From NCBI GenBank assembly GCA_051942205.1, contig JAVECO010000029.1:62001-126000 (forward strand): a DNA stretch of 64,000 nucleotides, read 5' to 3'. The position numbers were made by a program, and so were the translations under genes. Below, piece by piece: positions 46,652-59,622 of this stretch. Numbering within the stretch: the stretch's first letter is position 1; the number at the start of each line of letters is the position of its first letter. Below the pieces are notes generated by a model. That model ran no database searches and had not been told where the DNA came from. It saw only the letters and a list, made by a program, of their open reading frames with translations. This DNA is from Coniocarpon cinnabarinum. Lineage: Eukaryota.

Positions 46652-49122
46652 ATGCATTTTGAACGGAGCTTGAGACGCAGTATCTATCCACCGTGGCGCG
46701 ACCAATACATTGATTATTCCAAGCTCAAACACCTCTTGAGAGATAGCGGCTCCGACGCCGGCTCGCCTCTCGAAAACGAGCAAGAATGGACCGACGCCGA
46801 TGAAGATGCCTTTGTGGACGAGCTTATCAACAATCAGCTGGACAAGGTCGCTCATTTTCATGCTGAAGAAGCCCAGAGACTAAGAGATCGCGTGGACAAA
46901 TGTGAAGAGAGGCTCACGCCCATCGTCGCCGCTGAGCGTGAGCGCGAGGGAGAGCAGGCCCACAATGACCCACAATCCTCAGGTAAACCGCCTTCAGCGG
47001 GGCGAATCACGCTGCAAGAAATACGACAGGATCTCGATGGCATCACGAAAGAAATGAACGAGCTCGAGAAATATGCACGGATCAATTATACTGGATTTCT
47101 CAAAGCAGCGAAAAAGCACGACAGGAAACGTGGAGGGGCGTACCGCGTCCGGCCGTTCCTACAAGTTCGTCTCTCGGAGCTACCGTTCAACAAGGAGGAC
47201 TACCAGCCGATAATGTATCGACTCCAGAGCATGTACAGTTTTGTGCGGCAGATGATAGAAGGTCGAGACAAGAAGCTTTCATTCTCGGAATCGCAATTAA
47301 GTGAAGACGGCTTCACGACGTATAAGTGTATGGACCTTCAGAATCGTGAAATTTGTTGCGTATGAGCTAACTTCACATGCAGTTTGGATCCACCCGGACA
47401 ATATGCTCGAAGTCCGCTCCAACATCGTTCAGCGTCTGCCTGGGTTGGTGTATAATCCTCAGTCATCCAAAATCGTAGAAGGATACGCAAAAGACCCCAC
47501 AATCACCTCTATCTATTTTGACAACCCATCCTTTTCCTTGTACAATGCAAAGCTCATTCACGATCAAAGCGCTTCCTCTTTGCGACTTCGCTGGTTTGGA
47601 GAACTCACAGATAAACCGGAGATCTTTGTTGAGAAGAAGACTGTACATCCAGACGAGACAACTACGGAAGAAAGACTCACCACCAAGGCAAAATACATTG
47701 AGCCCTTTGTTTTTGATGGTTATCGAATGGACAAATCGGTGCGCAAAGCCAGCGATCGATATGGTCCAAACTCAGAGCAAGTCCGGAAGTTGCAACAAGA
47801 AGTGGACACGATTGAAGATTTCATCAAAGAGCATGAGCTGCAGCCAGTGCTAAGAGCCAATTACAGCAGAGCAGCATTTCAGATTCCAGGCGATAATCGC
47901 GTTCGTGTGACGCTTGACAGCAACCTGGCCTTGATCCGAGAAGACGCACTGGACGATCAGCGGCCGTGCAGAGAGCCGAACGAGTGGCATCGACGTGACA
48001 TTGATGAGAGGGGTATCGAATGGCCATTTGATCAAATACGCAGTGGTGAGATCGTTCGCTTCCCATATGGCGTATTGGAGATTCGCATAAGAGGCAATAA
48101 GCAATATGAGTGGATTCAAGAACTGATGGACTCACATTTGGTGAAGGCGGCTCCACGCTTCTCGAAGTTCGCGCATGGTATAGGTACGCTGTTCGACGAC
48201 TACGTCAACCAGTTTCCTTTCTGGCTTCCTGAGGTGGATACCGACATTCGCAAAGACCCGCATCAGGCTTTTGAGGAGGAGCAGCGGCGCAAACAGCAGA
48301 TTGCCGCAGACGATTTCGCCGTCGGGAGCTACCTTAAGGCGGTTAGCCCGTCATTCAAACCTCATAGAATGTCTCCAGTCGGGTCACCGATGAGCAAACC
48401 TAGGAGTGACACTTCACTAAGAAGGGCTAATGCGGATGATACACGTACGGATCCGCGGACAAGGAAGACCCGACTCGAATCAATTGTCCCAGATGATGAT
48501 GAAGCTGAAGAACAAAAGAGGCCGACGCCAGAGATTCGCGATTCTCGTGGTCGGCTGAGTGGTTTCATTTCGAAGTACGCCAGGTTCCGAAGATCAAAAG
48601 GAATTGAACTTCCGGAAGGTGTTGAGAAGCCGGCGTATTGGATCAAGGATGAGGGACCTGTCAAGGTGGAGGCCAAGGTTTGGCTCGCGAACCAGCGAAC
48701 ATTCATCAAGTGGCAACATGTTGGAGTTTTACTGTCGACTTTTTCACTGGGGTTATACAACGCCGCCGGCGAGGACAATACCACTGCTCGGAATTTGGGC
48801 ATCATCTACACCCTTATTGGCATCTTTACAGCATTATGGGGATATGGCATGTACATACGCCGAAGCCGCCTCATCCAGCAGCGGAGCGGCAAGGACTTTG
48901 ACAATGTTATTGGGCCCGTCATTGTCTGCCTAGCGTTGGTGGTTGCGCTGGTGCTCAACTTCTCGATCAAGGTGAGTTTGCATGCTATGGCCCTAATTGC
49001 ATCTAAGCTAATCCAGGCTACAGTACAACCTCATTCAAGAAAGAAAGCAGCCTGAAGAAGCAATGGCAAGCGTAGGCTCGATGCAGCAAGCGAACTCGAG
49101 TGGGTATCCTCAAGACCTTTGA
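46652..49122 (+). CDS. Vacuolar transporter chaperone Vtc2/Vtc3-like (SPX, VTC and DUF202 domains); 3 exons
   Basis: SPX YIDYSKLK and INYTGFLKAAKKHD; WIHPDN; SLRLRW; KVEAKVWLANQRTF (Vtc2/3 type rather than Vtc4); last exon 49024-49122. Confidence 0.9.
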
Positions 49123-49448
49123 TCTCAGTGCCGTGAAGCTTGCGGCGTACAGCACCTTCACGACGATAGATAGCAGTAACGCGTTATCCTTTGCTACAAT
49201 GACGACTTCATCCCTGCCTCTTTCTCTCTTTCTTGTCATCGTCAATTTGCATCTAGTATACTTCCTTGCTTCTGAATGGTGATGACTCGGCAATCTTTCT
49301 ACCGAGCCATTGGCTTTCACGGCCGAGGGACGATGACCCGTGTGAGTTGCAGGACATCCCACAGCGGACCAGATGTTAGTGCACGCGAATGGCCTTCACG
49401 CAAGATTTGTGTGAAACCCTTGCTGCATTGCGTCTCTGAGTCTAAGCA

Positions 49449-51167
49449 ATGATGCCGGCCGCCATGATGGACTACGCCGAAGGTGAGGCCTCTGCCATCT
49501 GCAGCCGTCTTATAGCTGCTCATAGAACTTAATCAGTCTCCAGACATAGTACAGCCAGTAGCTGCTGGGTGATTCTCTATGGAAAGGTTTATGATGTATG
49601 TATCAATTTTCAGTCTCATCCATGTCCCGCGAGCCTCCCTCAAGCTTGACTCGCTCATTGCTCAAACAATGATAATGACCAGGTCACGTCGTTCCTCCCA
49701 TCACATCCGGGTGGTCAAAAAGTCGTCCTGCAGCTAGCGGGCCAGGACGCCACCTCAGAGTACGACCCCGTCCATCCACCAGGCACGCTCGAGTCCTCCC
49801 TACCGCCGACTGCTCTCCTTGGTGACATTGATCCGTCGACCCTCCCCGCCGCAGAACAACCCAACCAGACCTCGTCCTCGTCCTCGGACCAACCTCAAAC
49901 GGGCCCACCTCCCCTCGATACCCTCCTCAACCTCAACGACATCGAACAAGCCGCCACCCCTCTTCTCTCCCGCAAAGCATGGGCCTACTACTACTCCGCG
50001 TCTGACGACCTCCACACTAAACACCACAACAACTCCATATACCGCCAGATCCTCCTCCGGCCCCGCATCTTCGTCGATGTCGTCCGCTGCTCCCTGCAGA
50101 CCTCTTTCCTCGGCCACGCGCTCTCCTCCCCGATCTATGTCGCGCCGGCAGCCATGGCGCGTCTCGCGCATCCAGACGGCGAACGCGGCATCGCGCGCGC
50201 CTGTGCGAAACACGGCTCTTGTTACATCGTCAGCAACAATGCGTCCATGACGCCTGAACAGATCGTCGAGGGCGCAAGTCCAGAGCAGGTCATGGGCTGG
50301 CAATTATACGTCAACACGGAGCGGCGCAAGTCCGAAGACATGCTGGCGCGGATTGCAAAACTGCCACAGTACAAGTTCATCTGTTTGACGCTGGACGCGC
50401 CCGTGCCCGGTAAGCGCGAGGACGACGAGCGCGCGAAGAACATCGGCGCGAATTTGCCGGTCAAATCGGCGGTGCAAAGCGCAGCTAATGTCGAGCCGCG
50501 GAGTGCCGACACAGGTGATAAGAAGAGTCAGGAGGAGAAGGGCAAGAAGAGTGAGGAAGCCGGTGGAATCGGGAAGGCGTTATTTGCGGGGACGGCGGCG
50601 GATTTGACGTGGCGGGATACGCTGCCGTGGTTGTGTCGACACACGGATTTACCCGTCATCCTCAAGGGCGTGCAGACGTACGAGGATGCGTATCTGGCAT
50701 ACCTGTATTCGAAACGGTATCCGCAGCTCGAGGGCGTGGTGTTGAGCAATCACGGGGGACGCGCGATGGACACCGCAAGCCCTCCTTTACTGGTGCTGTT
50801 GGAAATTCGACAACACTGTCCCATCGTCTTGCGGCATTTGGAAGTCTACCTGGATGGCGGCATCAAAAGGGGGACGGACGTTGTCAAAGCGCTTGCACTC
50901 GGTGCTCGGGGCGTGGGCGTGGGACGAGCCGCTTTGTTTGGGTTGGGCGTCGGTGGACAAGAGGGCGTGGAGAGGATGCTGGAGATTTTACGTGAAGAAA
51001 CGGAGACGGCGATGCGGCTGTTGGGGGTGCAGCAGGTGAGTGAGCTGGGAGCGAGGCATCTGAACGTTGCGACCGTGGAAGGGATGACGTGGAGGGGGAG
51101 GAGCGGGTTGGAGGAATTAGAAAGAGGCGTCGAGATGGAGGAGGCGGCGGGGAGGGCGAAGTTGTAA
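49449..51167 (+). CDS. Flavocytochrome b2-like FMN-dependent 2-hydroxy-acid dehydrogenase with N-terminal cytochrome b5 domain
   Basis: [23 protein letters not shown] heme domain; [35 protein letters not shown]; ends in AKL. Confidence 0.9.
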
Positions 51168-51396
51168 AATACGGATCATGCATCAATGGGTCGTTCAGAT
51201 GCTGTGCTAACGAAGTTGTGAGAATGCGGCGAGCTGTGCTCGACATGCATTTCATTGCTATCGAGCATATCTGTCCATGCGAGTGTCGTATCACCATGAT
51301 ATATATATATATTTTCATCAACTCATTCTTAGCAGATCATCGGAGCGCCTTTTCCACGCTTAGGCATGTAAGCCGCCGCAATGCAAAACTCATACT

Positions 51397-54300
51397 TTAC
51401 TCATCTCCTCGAAAGGCATCCTCCAGTTTGAACTTCACACCAACACCCATACTCGCCAGCTCTTGCACGAGCAGCTTGGCTGCGTATGGTATGGTCATGC
51501 GTCGGACGCCCGCTCCACTCTTGCAGACTCCACACCACCCTAGGTAGCCCATCCCGCCACACGTCTCGCATATCTCACAGTCGTGCCGGTCACTGCTTAT
51601 CATCAGTCGCTCCAGCAACAACTGACTCGCGCCGTACGCAATCAAGCAGTCTCGCTCCATCTCTCCGAGTCTGAGTCCACCACCACGGCTGCGACCCTCT
51701 GTTGGCTGCCGTGTCAGCGTCGTCTTCGGACCAAGGGACCGTGAGTGGAGTTTATCTTGAACCATGTGCTTCAGCTTTTGGTAGTAAATGGGTCCAAAGA
51801 AAACATATGCAGGCATAGGCTCGCCTGTAATGCCACACGTCATGTAGTCCTTTCCGCCGTAGTTGAATCCACGACGCACGAGCTCGGCTCCCATGTCTTC
51901 CACTTTGGAGCCTCCAAATGCAGTGCCGTACTCTGGTTGACCTTTCAAGATGCCAGCCTTGCCAGCCACGAGCTCCAGCATCTTGCCGACCGTCATACGA
52001 GAGGGAAACCCATGTGGATTCATGATTACGTCTGGGACAATACCTTCATCTGTAAAGGGCAGGTCGGTCTGCTCGGCTATTAGACCAACAACACCTTTCT
52101 GACCATGACGTGATGAGAATTTATCGCCAACTTCTGGACGGCGTGTTTGGCGTGTCTGAATCTTGAGGAGAGTGGATTCATTCTCTGTTGTTGAGAGCAT
52201 GACTTGGCTGATGTAGCAGGGGTCCGGAAGTTTGTAACCCATGTCAACGGTGTGATAATCACGGTTCTGCTTGCTGGGATTGACCGTGGGCTGGTTCGGA
52301 TCGAGGGGGTTGGTAGAAGTATTGTTGGGAATATTCTTGACCAGGTACACGTCGTCCTTCTTCATTTGGGACCCAACCTCGATGATGCCCTCCACACCCA
52401 CGTTACGGTGTGATGTCTTTTTGGGGTCTGCGGCTCCAAAGTCGTCAAAGTTGCCATTGGCGTAACGTTTCATGTGTGTGGCGTTCTTCCGGAGAACCTG
52501 ACAGCGACCAAATCCTCGGTCAAGCGAGGCTTTATTAAGTACGAGTGCATCTTCAATATCGTAACCTGAATAGGACATGACAGCCACCATCGCGTTTTGA
52601 CCAGCCGGCAACTTATCGTACTGCACTAGTTCAATAGCGCGTGTACGGACGAGGGGCTTCTGTGGATATGTCATCAAGTAGAGAAGTGTGTCAATGCGGG
52701 TAAATTGGTTGTAGGCAATGGCGCCGATGGCTTGTTTGCCCATAGCGCATTGATACGTGTTCCTTGGGGACTGGTTGTGGTGCGGATAGGGGATCAATCC
52801 AGCGACGGCGCCCAGAATGGTGAAGGGCTCAATTTCGAGGTGAGTTGTGGTGTCCGTGATGTCGGCTTCGTAGACGGCGATGTTTGAGTCATTCTCTTCA
52901 TTAACGTCCAAATATTCAACATAACCTCGGGTCAAGAAGTCGTCAAAGCCCATGCGCCCTTTCCTTAGGCTCTCAAGATCGCGCTTCTTGACCTTGGAAC
53001 GACCGCGTTCCACAACAATTAGTGGGCGGCAGATGCGACCTTCGTCTGTGGCTATGTGTACTGCGTTATGGTGATTGTTGATGTGAATAGATACAAACTC
53101 AGATACCCGGCCCATTCGGCGAAAGCTTCGAAACGTGATCAAGAATGTCTCAGGCTCTCTTGTTAGAGCAACAGGCGTCCCGTTAATGAAGATGATGTAG
53201 GCGTGATCGCTGTATATCTGCTCGCCTGAGCACTGGGTAATGTCCTCCGCACCCAGAAAGAAGACCAGCTCCCGAACGGCGTCCTCCTTATCCTCAGTCG
53301 TAATGTGGGTCATTAGCGCGAGATTCTTTACAAGACCGCACGCCTCTCCCTCGGGAGTATCCGATGGACAGAGCGTACCGAACTGTGATGACTGCAATGC
53401 ACGTGGTCCTGACACCTTTCGCGTTTTCTCAAATTGAGATGTGATACGAGTCATCATGCCCAGTGCAGAAATGTAGGAAAGACGGCTAAGCACATGGGTG
53501 ACTCCAGCTCGTTCCATTTTGAAGCGCTTTAGGTTCCAGTTTCCTGTGGCTATTGCACGTTCCATTCCCATCGTGATCAGATCCGTGAACATGCGGAAGT
53601 GGTCATGAGCATCAAATGGTTGTACGGTCTGCTTATGGCGCATGTAATAATCGAAGCGGATCTTTAGCTCATGGTTGAATCTCTTGAAATGGTCCTCGAA
53701 CAGTAGTGAAAGCATCTGGCCGGCAAGCTCAAGCCGCTTATTGCCGACATAGTCTCTGTCATCAACCAGCCGAGGATCGTGCATGGCGGCAAGTACCCGT
53801 CGAACCATAAAAGCAACATATAGAGCTTTGTGACGAAAGTTGAGGTCCTCCACAGGCACGTGAGTGAGGATAATGGAAGCAAGCGCTTCGAGCGCCTCTT
53901 GCTGATAATTCCGTATCCGAGGTCCAGTGCCGAAGGGACGTCGTAGTTTGACTCTCTGGCCGATGTATTCCAGAGCTTGCTGCTGGGTAAAAATCCCTTC
54001 TTGGATTGCCCTCTCCAAACTAGGCATGAACAGGTCTTGGTACAGGCGGTCTTTGCCTGTCGTTAGTTCAAGGATCTCCTTATCGTTCGCGACGCCCAGC
54101 GCTTTGAGTGTGATAACCACAGGAATGCTCTCTGTCAGGACATTGTGGCGCAAATATAAATTTTGGTCTTTCATATGCAGAACGTAACTTTTGGATTTCC
54201 TTTCGTGCGTCGAACTTGTCACAGACGCTTGGACAATGTCTTTTTGTGCCTCGACGATGACTCGATTCTTGCTGAGCTGTTCTTGAACGAGAATGACCTT

Positions 54301-55053
54301 CTCTTGACCCTTGACGATGAAGTAGCCCCCAGGGTCGACGGCGCACTCACGCATGTCTGCCATCTGCCTTTCTGACTTGCCATTGAGAACGCATCTATTG
54401 CTTCTGAGCATCATCGGCATCCTTCCAATTGGTACATTCTTTCTTGTTACGGTGGCATGTGCTCTGTGGTACATGTAATCCACGTAAACAGGCGCGGCAT
54501 ATGTCATGTCGCGAAGACGGCATTCGTTGGGAGTTATGCCACTTGAGCTGCCGCCATGGTTCTCTTGCTCTGCATATCTGCTGGGTCGTCCAACCCTAAT
54601 GTTGGTGTACTTGAACCAGAACTTGTCGTTGACATCGCTTCGAATCCATTGATTAGCTCGCATAATGTTTTGAAGCTCAACATCAATAAAGTAATTGTAT
54701 GAGTCAATATGTTGCTTCACGAGACCTTTCACCTTGAGAAAAGCAGGGAGCAGATTCCATTTATCTCTGGCGGTATTGATAGGATCGGATAAATGCTTGC
54801 CGTAATAGAATGGTTCTAGCAGAGTGTCGAAAGCATCATCCTGGCCACTCTCGATGTGTCGACGTTTTCGTGGACGATGGTCATCTGTAGCAGAAGAATT
54901 TTGTGGCTTTGGTAACGACTGATTCGTCTTTGCAGGATTTTGAGCTGTTCGGGTCAATGGTTTGGCGTTTCGCTGGGTATCCAATGCATTTTCTTGCTTT
55001 GGCCGAGAATTGCCAGTGGCCTTTGGTGCGGGCTTTCTGCCTTTTGGAGGCAT
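51397..55053 (-). CDS. RET1: RNA polymerase III second-largest subunit (RPC128), single exon
   Basis: DKWNLLPAFLKVKGLVKQHIDS, SQFEKTRKVSGPR, GDKFSSRHGQKG, GYDIEDA, GGLRLGEMERDC. Confidence 0.97.
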   Translation of the reverse strand: MPPKGRKPAPKATGNSRPKQENALDTQRNAKPLTRTAQNPAKTNQSLPKPQNSSATDDHRPRKRRHIESGQDDAFDTLLEPFYYGKHLSDPINTARDKWNLLPAFLKVKGLVKQHIDSYNYFIDVELQNIMRANQWIRSDVNDKFWFKYTNIRVGRPSRYAEQENHGGSSSGITPNECRLRDMTYAAPVYVDYMYHRAHATVTRKNVPIGRMPMMLRSNRCVLNGKSERQMADMRECAVDPGGYFIVKGQEKVILVQEQLSKNRVIVEAQKDIVQASVTSSTHERKSKSYVLHMKDQNLYLRHNVLTESIPVVITLKALGVANDKEILELTTGKDRLYQDLFMPSLERAIQEGIFTQQQALEYIGQRVKLRRPFGTGPRIRNYQQEALEALASIILTHVPVEDLNFRHKALYVAFMVRRVLAAMHDPRLVDDRDYVGNKRLELAGQMLSLLFEDHFKRFNHELKIRFDYYMRHKQTVQPFDAHDHFRMFTDLITMGMERAIATGNWNLKRFKMERAGVTHVLSRLSYISALGMMTRITSQFEKTRKVSGPRALQSSQFGTLCPSDTPEGEACGLVKNLALMTHITTEDKEDAVRELVFFLGAEDITQCSGEQIYSDHAYIIFINGTPVALTREPETFLITFRSFRRMGRVSEFVSIHINNHHNAVHIATDEGRICRPLIVVERGRSKVKKRDLESLRKGRMGFDDFLTRGYVEYLDVNEENDSNIAVYEADITDTTTHLEIEPFTILGAVAGLIPYPHHNQSPRNTYQCAMGKQAIGAIAYNQFTRIDTLLYLMTYPQKPLVRTRAIELVQYDKLPAGQNAMVAVMSYSGYDIEDALVLNKASLDRGFGRCQVLRKNATHMKRYANGNFDDFGAADPKKTSHRNVGVEGIIEVGSQMKKDDVYLVKNIPNNTSTNPLDPNQPTVNPSKQNRDYHTVDMGYKLPDPCYISQVMLSTTENESTLLKIQTRQTRRPEVGDKFSSRHGQKGVVGLIAEQTDLPFTDEGIVPDVIMNPHGFPSRMTVGKMLELVAGKAGILKGQPEYGTAFGGSKVEDMGAELVRRGFNYGGKDYMTCGITGEPMPAYVFFGPIYYQKLKHMVQDKLHSRSLGPKTTLTRQPTEGRSRGGGLRLGEMERDCLIAYGASQLLLERLMISSDRHDCEICETCGGMGYLGWCGVCKSGAGVRRMTIPYAAKLLVQELASMGVGVKFKLEDAFRGDE

Positions 55054-55170
55054 GTTGAGTAACTACCGCGAAGATCGGCAATGTCGCCAGCGTCAATTGC
55101 AGTTGGTGATGCCCACTCTCGCGGTAATGAGATAGGTATCTTTTGAGTAAGCGACTGGTGCTAGTAAACT

Positions 55171-55196
55171 CTTATCGATAAGTATCGCATGACTCA
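55171..55196. promoter_or_regulatory. GATA palindrome and Gcn4/CpcA-type site upstream of LYS2
   Basis: CTTATCGATAAG at 55171-55182 and ATGACTCA at 55189-55196, about 155 bp before the LYS2 ATG. Confidence 0.55.
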
Positions 55197-55348
55197 GCAT
55201 ACACCAATCTTACACCGCGGATCTAGCTATTTGCAGCCATGTATTTTCGAAGATGGAATATTGGCGCAGCTTGAGTTTAAGTTCAATCATGATAACCAGG
55301 AAGCGCTGCTCGTGAGTATGTGCTAGGTATTGTAGAAGTTGGAGGCGT

Positions 55349-58300
55349 ATGGCAATGTCGTCAGCTACGACGAGCACGTCGGCACCACCAAGAGTAGAGC
55401 AAGACGTTCGGCCTGATCCAAGAGCAGACCTTCAGTGGGGTTCATGGCTTGGATCAATTCATGAGATCCTTCATCGCAACGCCTCAAAATTTCCCGACCG
55501 ACCATGCGTTGTTGAGACTAATCCTTGGAGGGAGTTCACCTACAGGCAAATTGATCATGGCTCGAACGTTCTCGGTCATCACTTGCGCACGAATGGGATT
55601 ACCAATGGAGACATTGTAATGATATATGCGTTCCGCAATGTTGATCTTGTAGTGGCGATAATGGGCACGCTGAAAGCAGGCGCGACATTCAGCGGTTTGT
55701 TGGTGGTTTGATGGCAGGTTAATGATGAAAGTGTAGCTAATGTTTAGCAGTGATCGATCCGGCGTATCCACCTGATCGTCAAATCATCTACCTCGATGTT
55801 GCGCGGCCACGTGCTCTCATCTCTATCGCGAAAGCCAAAGGTGGCGGGCTTTCTCCGTCTGTCGACGAGTGGGTCAGGCAGAACTTATCACTGAAGGCCT
55901 TTGTACCCCAACTTCAGGTCCATGACGGGGGAAAAATCACAGGTGGTGCGTCCGACGCTAGCGGAGACATTTTCGATCATGTACAGTCTTCATCGTCATC
56001 GCTGCCGGACGCTATCGTAGGACCGGATTCCAACCCAACGCTTTCCTTTACATCTGGATCAGAAGGCCGACCAAAGGGAGTTCTTGGCAGGCACTTCTCA
56101 CTCGTGCACTATTTTCCATGGATGGGCGAAATGTTCGGCCTATCTGAAAATGACCGCTTTACTATGTTGAGTGGAATTAGTCACGATCCTATCCAACGTG
56201 ATATCTTCACGCCACTTTTTTTCGGTGCTCAGCTGTATGTGCCTTCGGCTGAAGATATCCAACACGAGAAGCTTGCAGAATGGATGAAAAATTACCAGAC
56301 GACGGTGACGCATTTGACGCCCGCGATGGGTCAAATCTTAGTGGGTGGAGCAACGACACAGTTTGTCGACCTCCGCAACGCATTTTTCGTTGGCGATATC
56401 TTGATCAAACGCGACGTGAGGCGATTGCAAGAACTGGCGCCAAACGCACGAGTCGTTAACATGTTCGGGACAACGGAAACGCAACGGGCTGTGTCATATT
56501 TTGCCATCCCACCTCAAAACATGCAAGCAGACTTCTTGAACGACCTTGGCGATCGCATACCAGCTGGAAAGGGTATGAATAATGTCCAGATGCTGGTTGT
56601 CGACCGAGAGAACAAACGGCGCTTGTGCGATGTGGGTGAACAAGGTGAGATTTATGTGCGTGCTGCAGGTCTTGCTGAAGGCTACATGGGACTGGAGGAT
56701 GTTACGCGCCAGAAGTTTATCCCCAGCTGGTTTGTTGACAAAGACCATTGGCTGGACCAGGAAAATGCCGGAAGCGGGCCGTGGCGCAAATATTACATGG
56801 GTCCCCGAGATCGCCTCTACCGGTCAGGGGATCTTGGGCATTACACTGAGTCCGGAGACGTTGAGTGTACAGGCCGCATAGACAACCAAATAAAGATACG
56901 CGGTTTTCGGGTCGAGCTTGGCGAGATTGACACCCACTTATCACATCACCCTATCGTTCGAGAGAATGTAACAATGACCCGGAGAGACAAGGATGAAGAG
57001 CACATGCTTGTCAGCTACATCGTCCCTGAGATGAGTAGATGGCCGTCATGGCTGAAGGAACATGGACTCACGGATGAAGAGCAAGATTCCTCGATGCCAG
57101 GAATGCTGAAACGTTTCTCTGCCTTGCGAGATGGGGTGCGAGAGTATTTGAAGACCAAAGTCCCTGTCTATGCCGTCCCAAGCATAGTGATTCCCCTAGA
57201 CCGCATGCCGCTCAATCCCAATGGAAAAGTGGACAAGCCAGCTCTTCCTTTTCCTAACCCAAGTGAATTAGGCACGGCTCTTCCGCGCAGACCGTCTGTC
57301 AATGTGTCTACACGAACTAAGACCGAGCAGCAGTTGGCTCAAGTATGGGCAACAGTGCTCGACGGCGTGCCATCCAAGACGATTGGGTCAGAAGATTCGT
57401 TCTTTGACCTTGGGGCACATAGCCTGACATCGCAAAAGCTGATGCTCTCAGTCCGTAAGACTTGGGGTGACATCGATGTATCAATGCAGTCCTTATACGA
57501 CTATCCGAGCTTACGAGGATTTGCGGCCGAGATAGACCGAGCTTTAGATCCGCAAGGAAGAGTACTCGACTTCGAGGATCATCCAGAGGGTGCTCCGACG
57601 AGGCAGGACACTCATTACTCTCTGGATGCTCAACATCTAGCGAGTGAACTCCCAGGGGCTTTTGAAACGCGTAGACTTGAAGTGGACTCTCCACTTACCG
57701 TTCTTGTTACAGGAGCGACCGGCTTCCTGGGCGCATATATTACGCACAGTCTGCTCAGTCGGAATCCACCGAGCATACATGTCATCGTATTGGTTCGTGC
57801 AAAAACCGATGAACAAGCTCATGAGCGTGTGAGAAGTTCACTCGCAGCATATCAGCTCTGGGACGACACGTTTACTACTCGCATAGAGTCCGTGGCCGGG
57901 GACACTGCTCTGCCACAGCTTGGCCTGGACGACCTTTTTTGGGAGAAGCTGAAAAACCAGACAGACTTGATCATCGCCAATGCAGCTAAAGTCCATTGGC
58001 TCCAAACTTACCAGCAACTTCGGGGCCCGAACGTCTTGTCGCTAATGACTTTGATGGAATTAGCTGCAAATGGTGTACCCAAGCGGCTAACTTTCATCAG
58101 CTCAACTAGCGCTGTTGATACTGACTACTACCTACAACTGTCCGACGAGATTGTTGCCTCGGGCGGACAGGGCATTCCAGAGAGCGATGATTTACATGGC
58201 GCTCAGCGAGGACTCGCCAACGGATACGGACAGACGAAATGGGCCGGCGAGTATCTCATGAGAGAAGCTAGGCGGCGTGGCTTAGCAGCTACGACTGTAA

Positions 58301-58986
58301 GGCCAGGATATGTCCTGGGAGATTCTGCAACTGGCGCCTCGATTACTGATGACTTCCTGATTCGACTGCTCAAGGCCTGTGTACAGCAACGTGCCAGGCC
58401 CGACATACAGAATACGATAAATATGGTCCCCGTCGACACCGTTGCGGATGCGATCGTGGCCGCATCTCTACGTCCAGCGCATTCAGCTACTGACCATGCA
58501 AACATCAACGCGCAGCCACGAATGACCTTTTCGCAATTTTTGCAAAATCTCGAGCTGTTTGGCTATGATGCGCCACAAGTACCGTATAAGTCATGGCGGG
58601 ATCAGATGGAGACGTGGATCTTCGGCGATGATCCCGCTGGACGTGAAGAACATGCATTGTTGCCGCTGGCGAGTTGGGTTCTCGCAGATTTGCCTGGGTC
58701 GACGAAAGCGCCTGAACTCGGTATCGAAAATACTCTGGCAGCGCTTAGGGCGGACTCAAACAGCTTGTCTGGGATCGATGGATCAAGGGTGGCTGCAGAG
58801 CCTTCGCGGCGGATGCGTGTCACTGAGGAAGATGTTGGCCGATACCTGGCATATCTGGTTGCGATTGGCTTCATTCCTGCGCCAGAGCCGGGTCGCGGTT
58901 CAAGGGCTCTCCCGGACCTGGACCTATCCCCAGACCAGGTCAAGGAAGCGCGGCGCGTTGGAGGAAGAGGCGCTGTGACTGGGTGA
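55349..58986 (+). CDS. LYS2: L-2-aminoadipate reductase large subunit (A-T-R); intron 55695-55750
   Basis: IDPAYPP, TLSFTSGSEGRPKGV, HDPIQRDIFTP, YRSGDLG, FFDLGAHS carrier Ser, VTGATGFLG, GYGQTKW. Confidence 0.96.
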
Positions 58987-59043
58987 AGCATAGGTAGTAA
59001 AGCGTTACTGGCGTGCATGACGTGGAGCAGTGGAGCATGAGAC

Positions 59044-59622
59044 TCAGATCACTCCAACTTCCTGCAAACCCTGTACTCTTGCGAGATTGTCAATATTGGG
59101 GTCACCTTCACCCAACCAGTCCATTTCCACAACGTCTTCATCCAGTTCTCGCATGGACGCAATGACCACCCCAACGCTTTCGAAGAAGCCATTGACGGAG
59201 ACACGTAACATCCGGTCCGTGGTAGCACGGTACTTTGTGACGAGGACGTTGTGTTGCGATCGCTCATCGTCGGACTTCGGCTGCGTGCCGAGCCCCGTGA
59301 TGCCATCAACACTGGAAGCTTGCGGCTGCGCTGTCGTCCGGCTGTCGTTCGCTTCTGATTTCATTGAATGGCTGGCCACTGGTGGCTTCTTATCTCGCTG
59401 TGCATCCAGCGAGAAGGAACGTCGTACCAGGGGAGACAATTCCTTGTCTACGGCGAGGGCGTGGAGTGCAATGCTCGCCAACCGATGTGTGGGAAATGGC
59501 AAACGAATTACTCTAGATATATCCATCAGTAGTCCGATCAATGGAAGCCGCCGTCCTGGGAGCTCACACTGAACATTTGAAGTCTTCCTCCGGCATCATG
59601 TTGCTGGACAGGGTCATTGGCA
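59044..59622 (-). CDS. PCC1: EKC/KEOPS complex subunit Pcc1; 2 exons
   Basis: EDFKCSV|VIRLPFPTHRLASIALHALAVDKELSPLVRR..YRATTDRMLRVSVNGFFES; start could be a later in-frame ATG. Confidence 0.8.
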
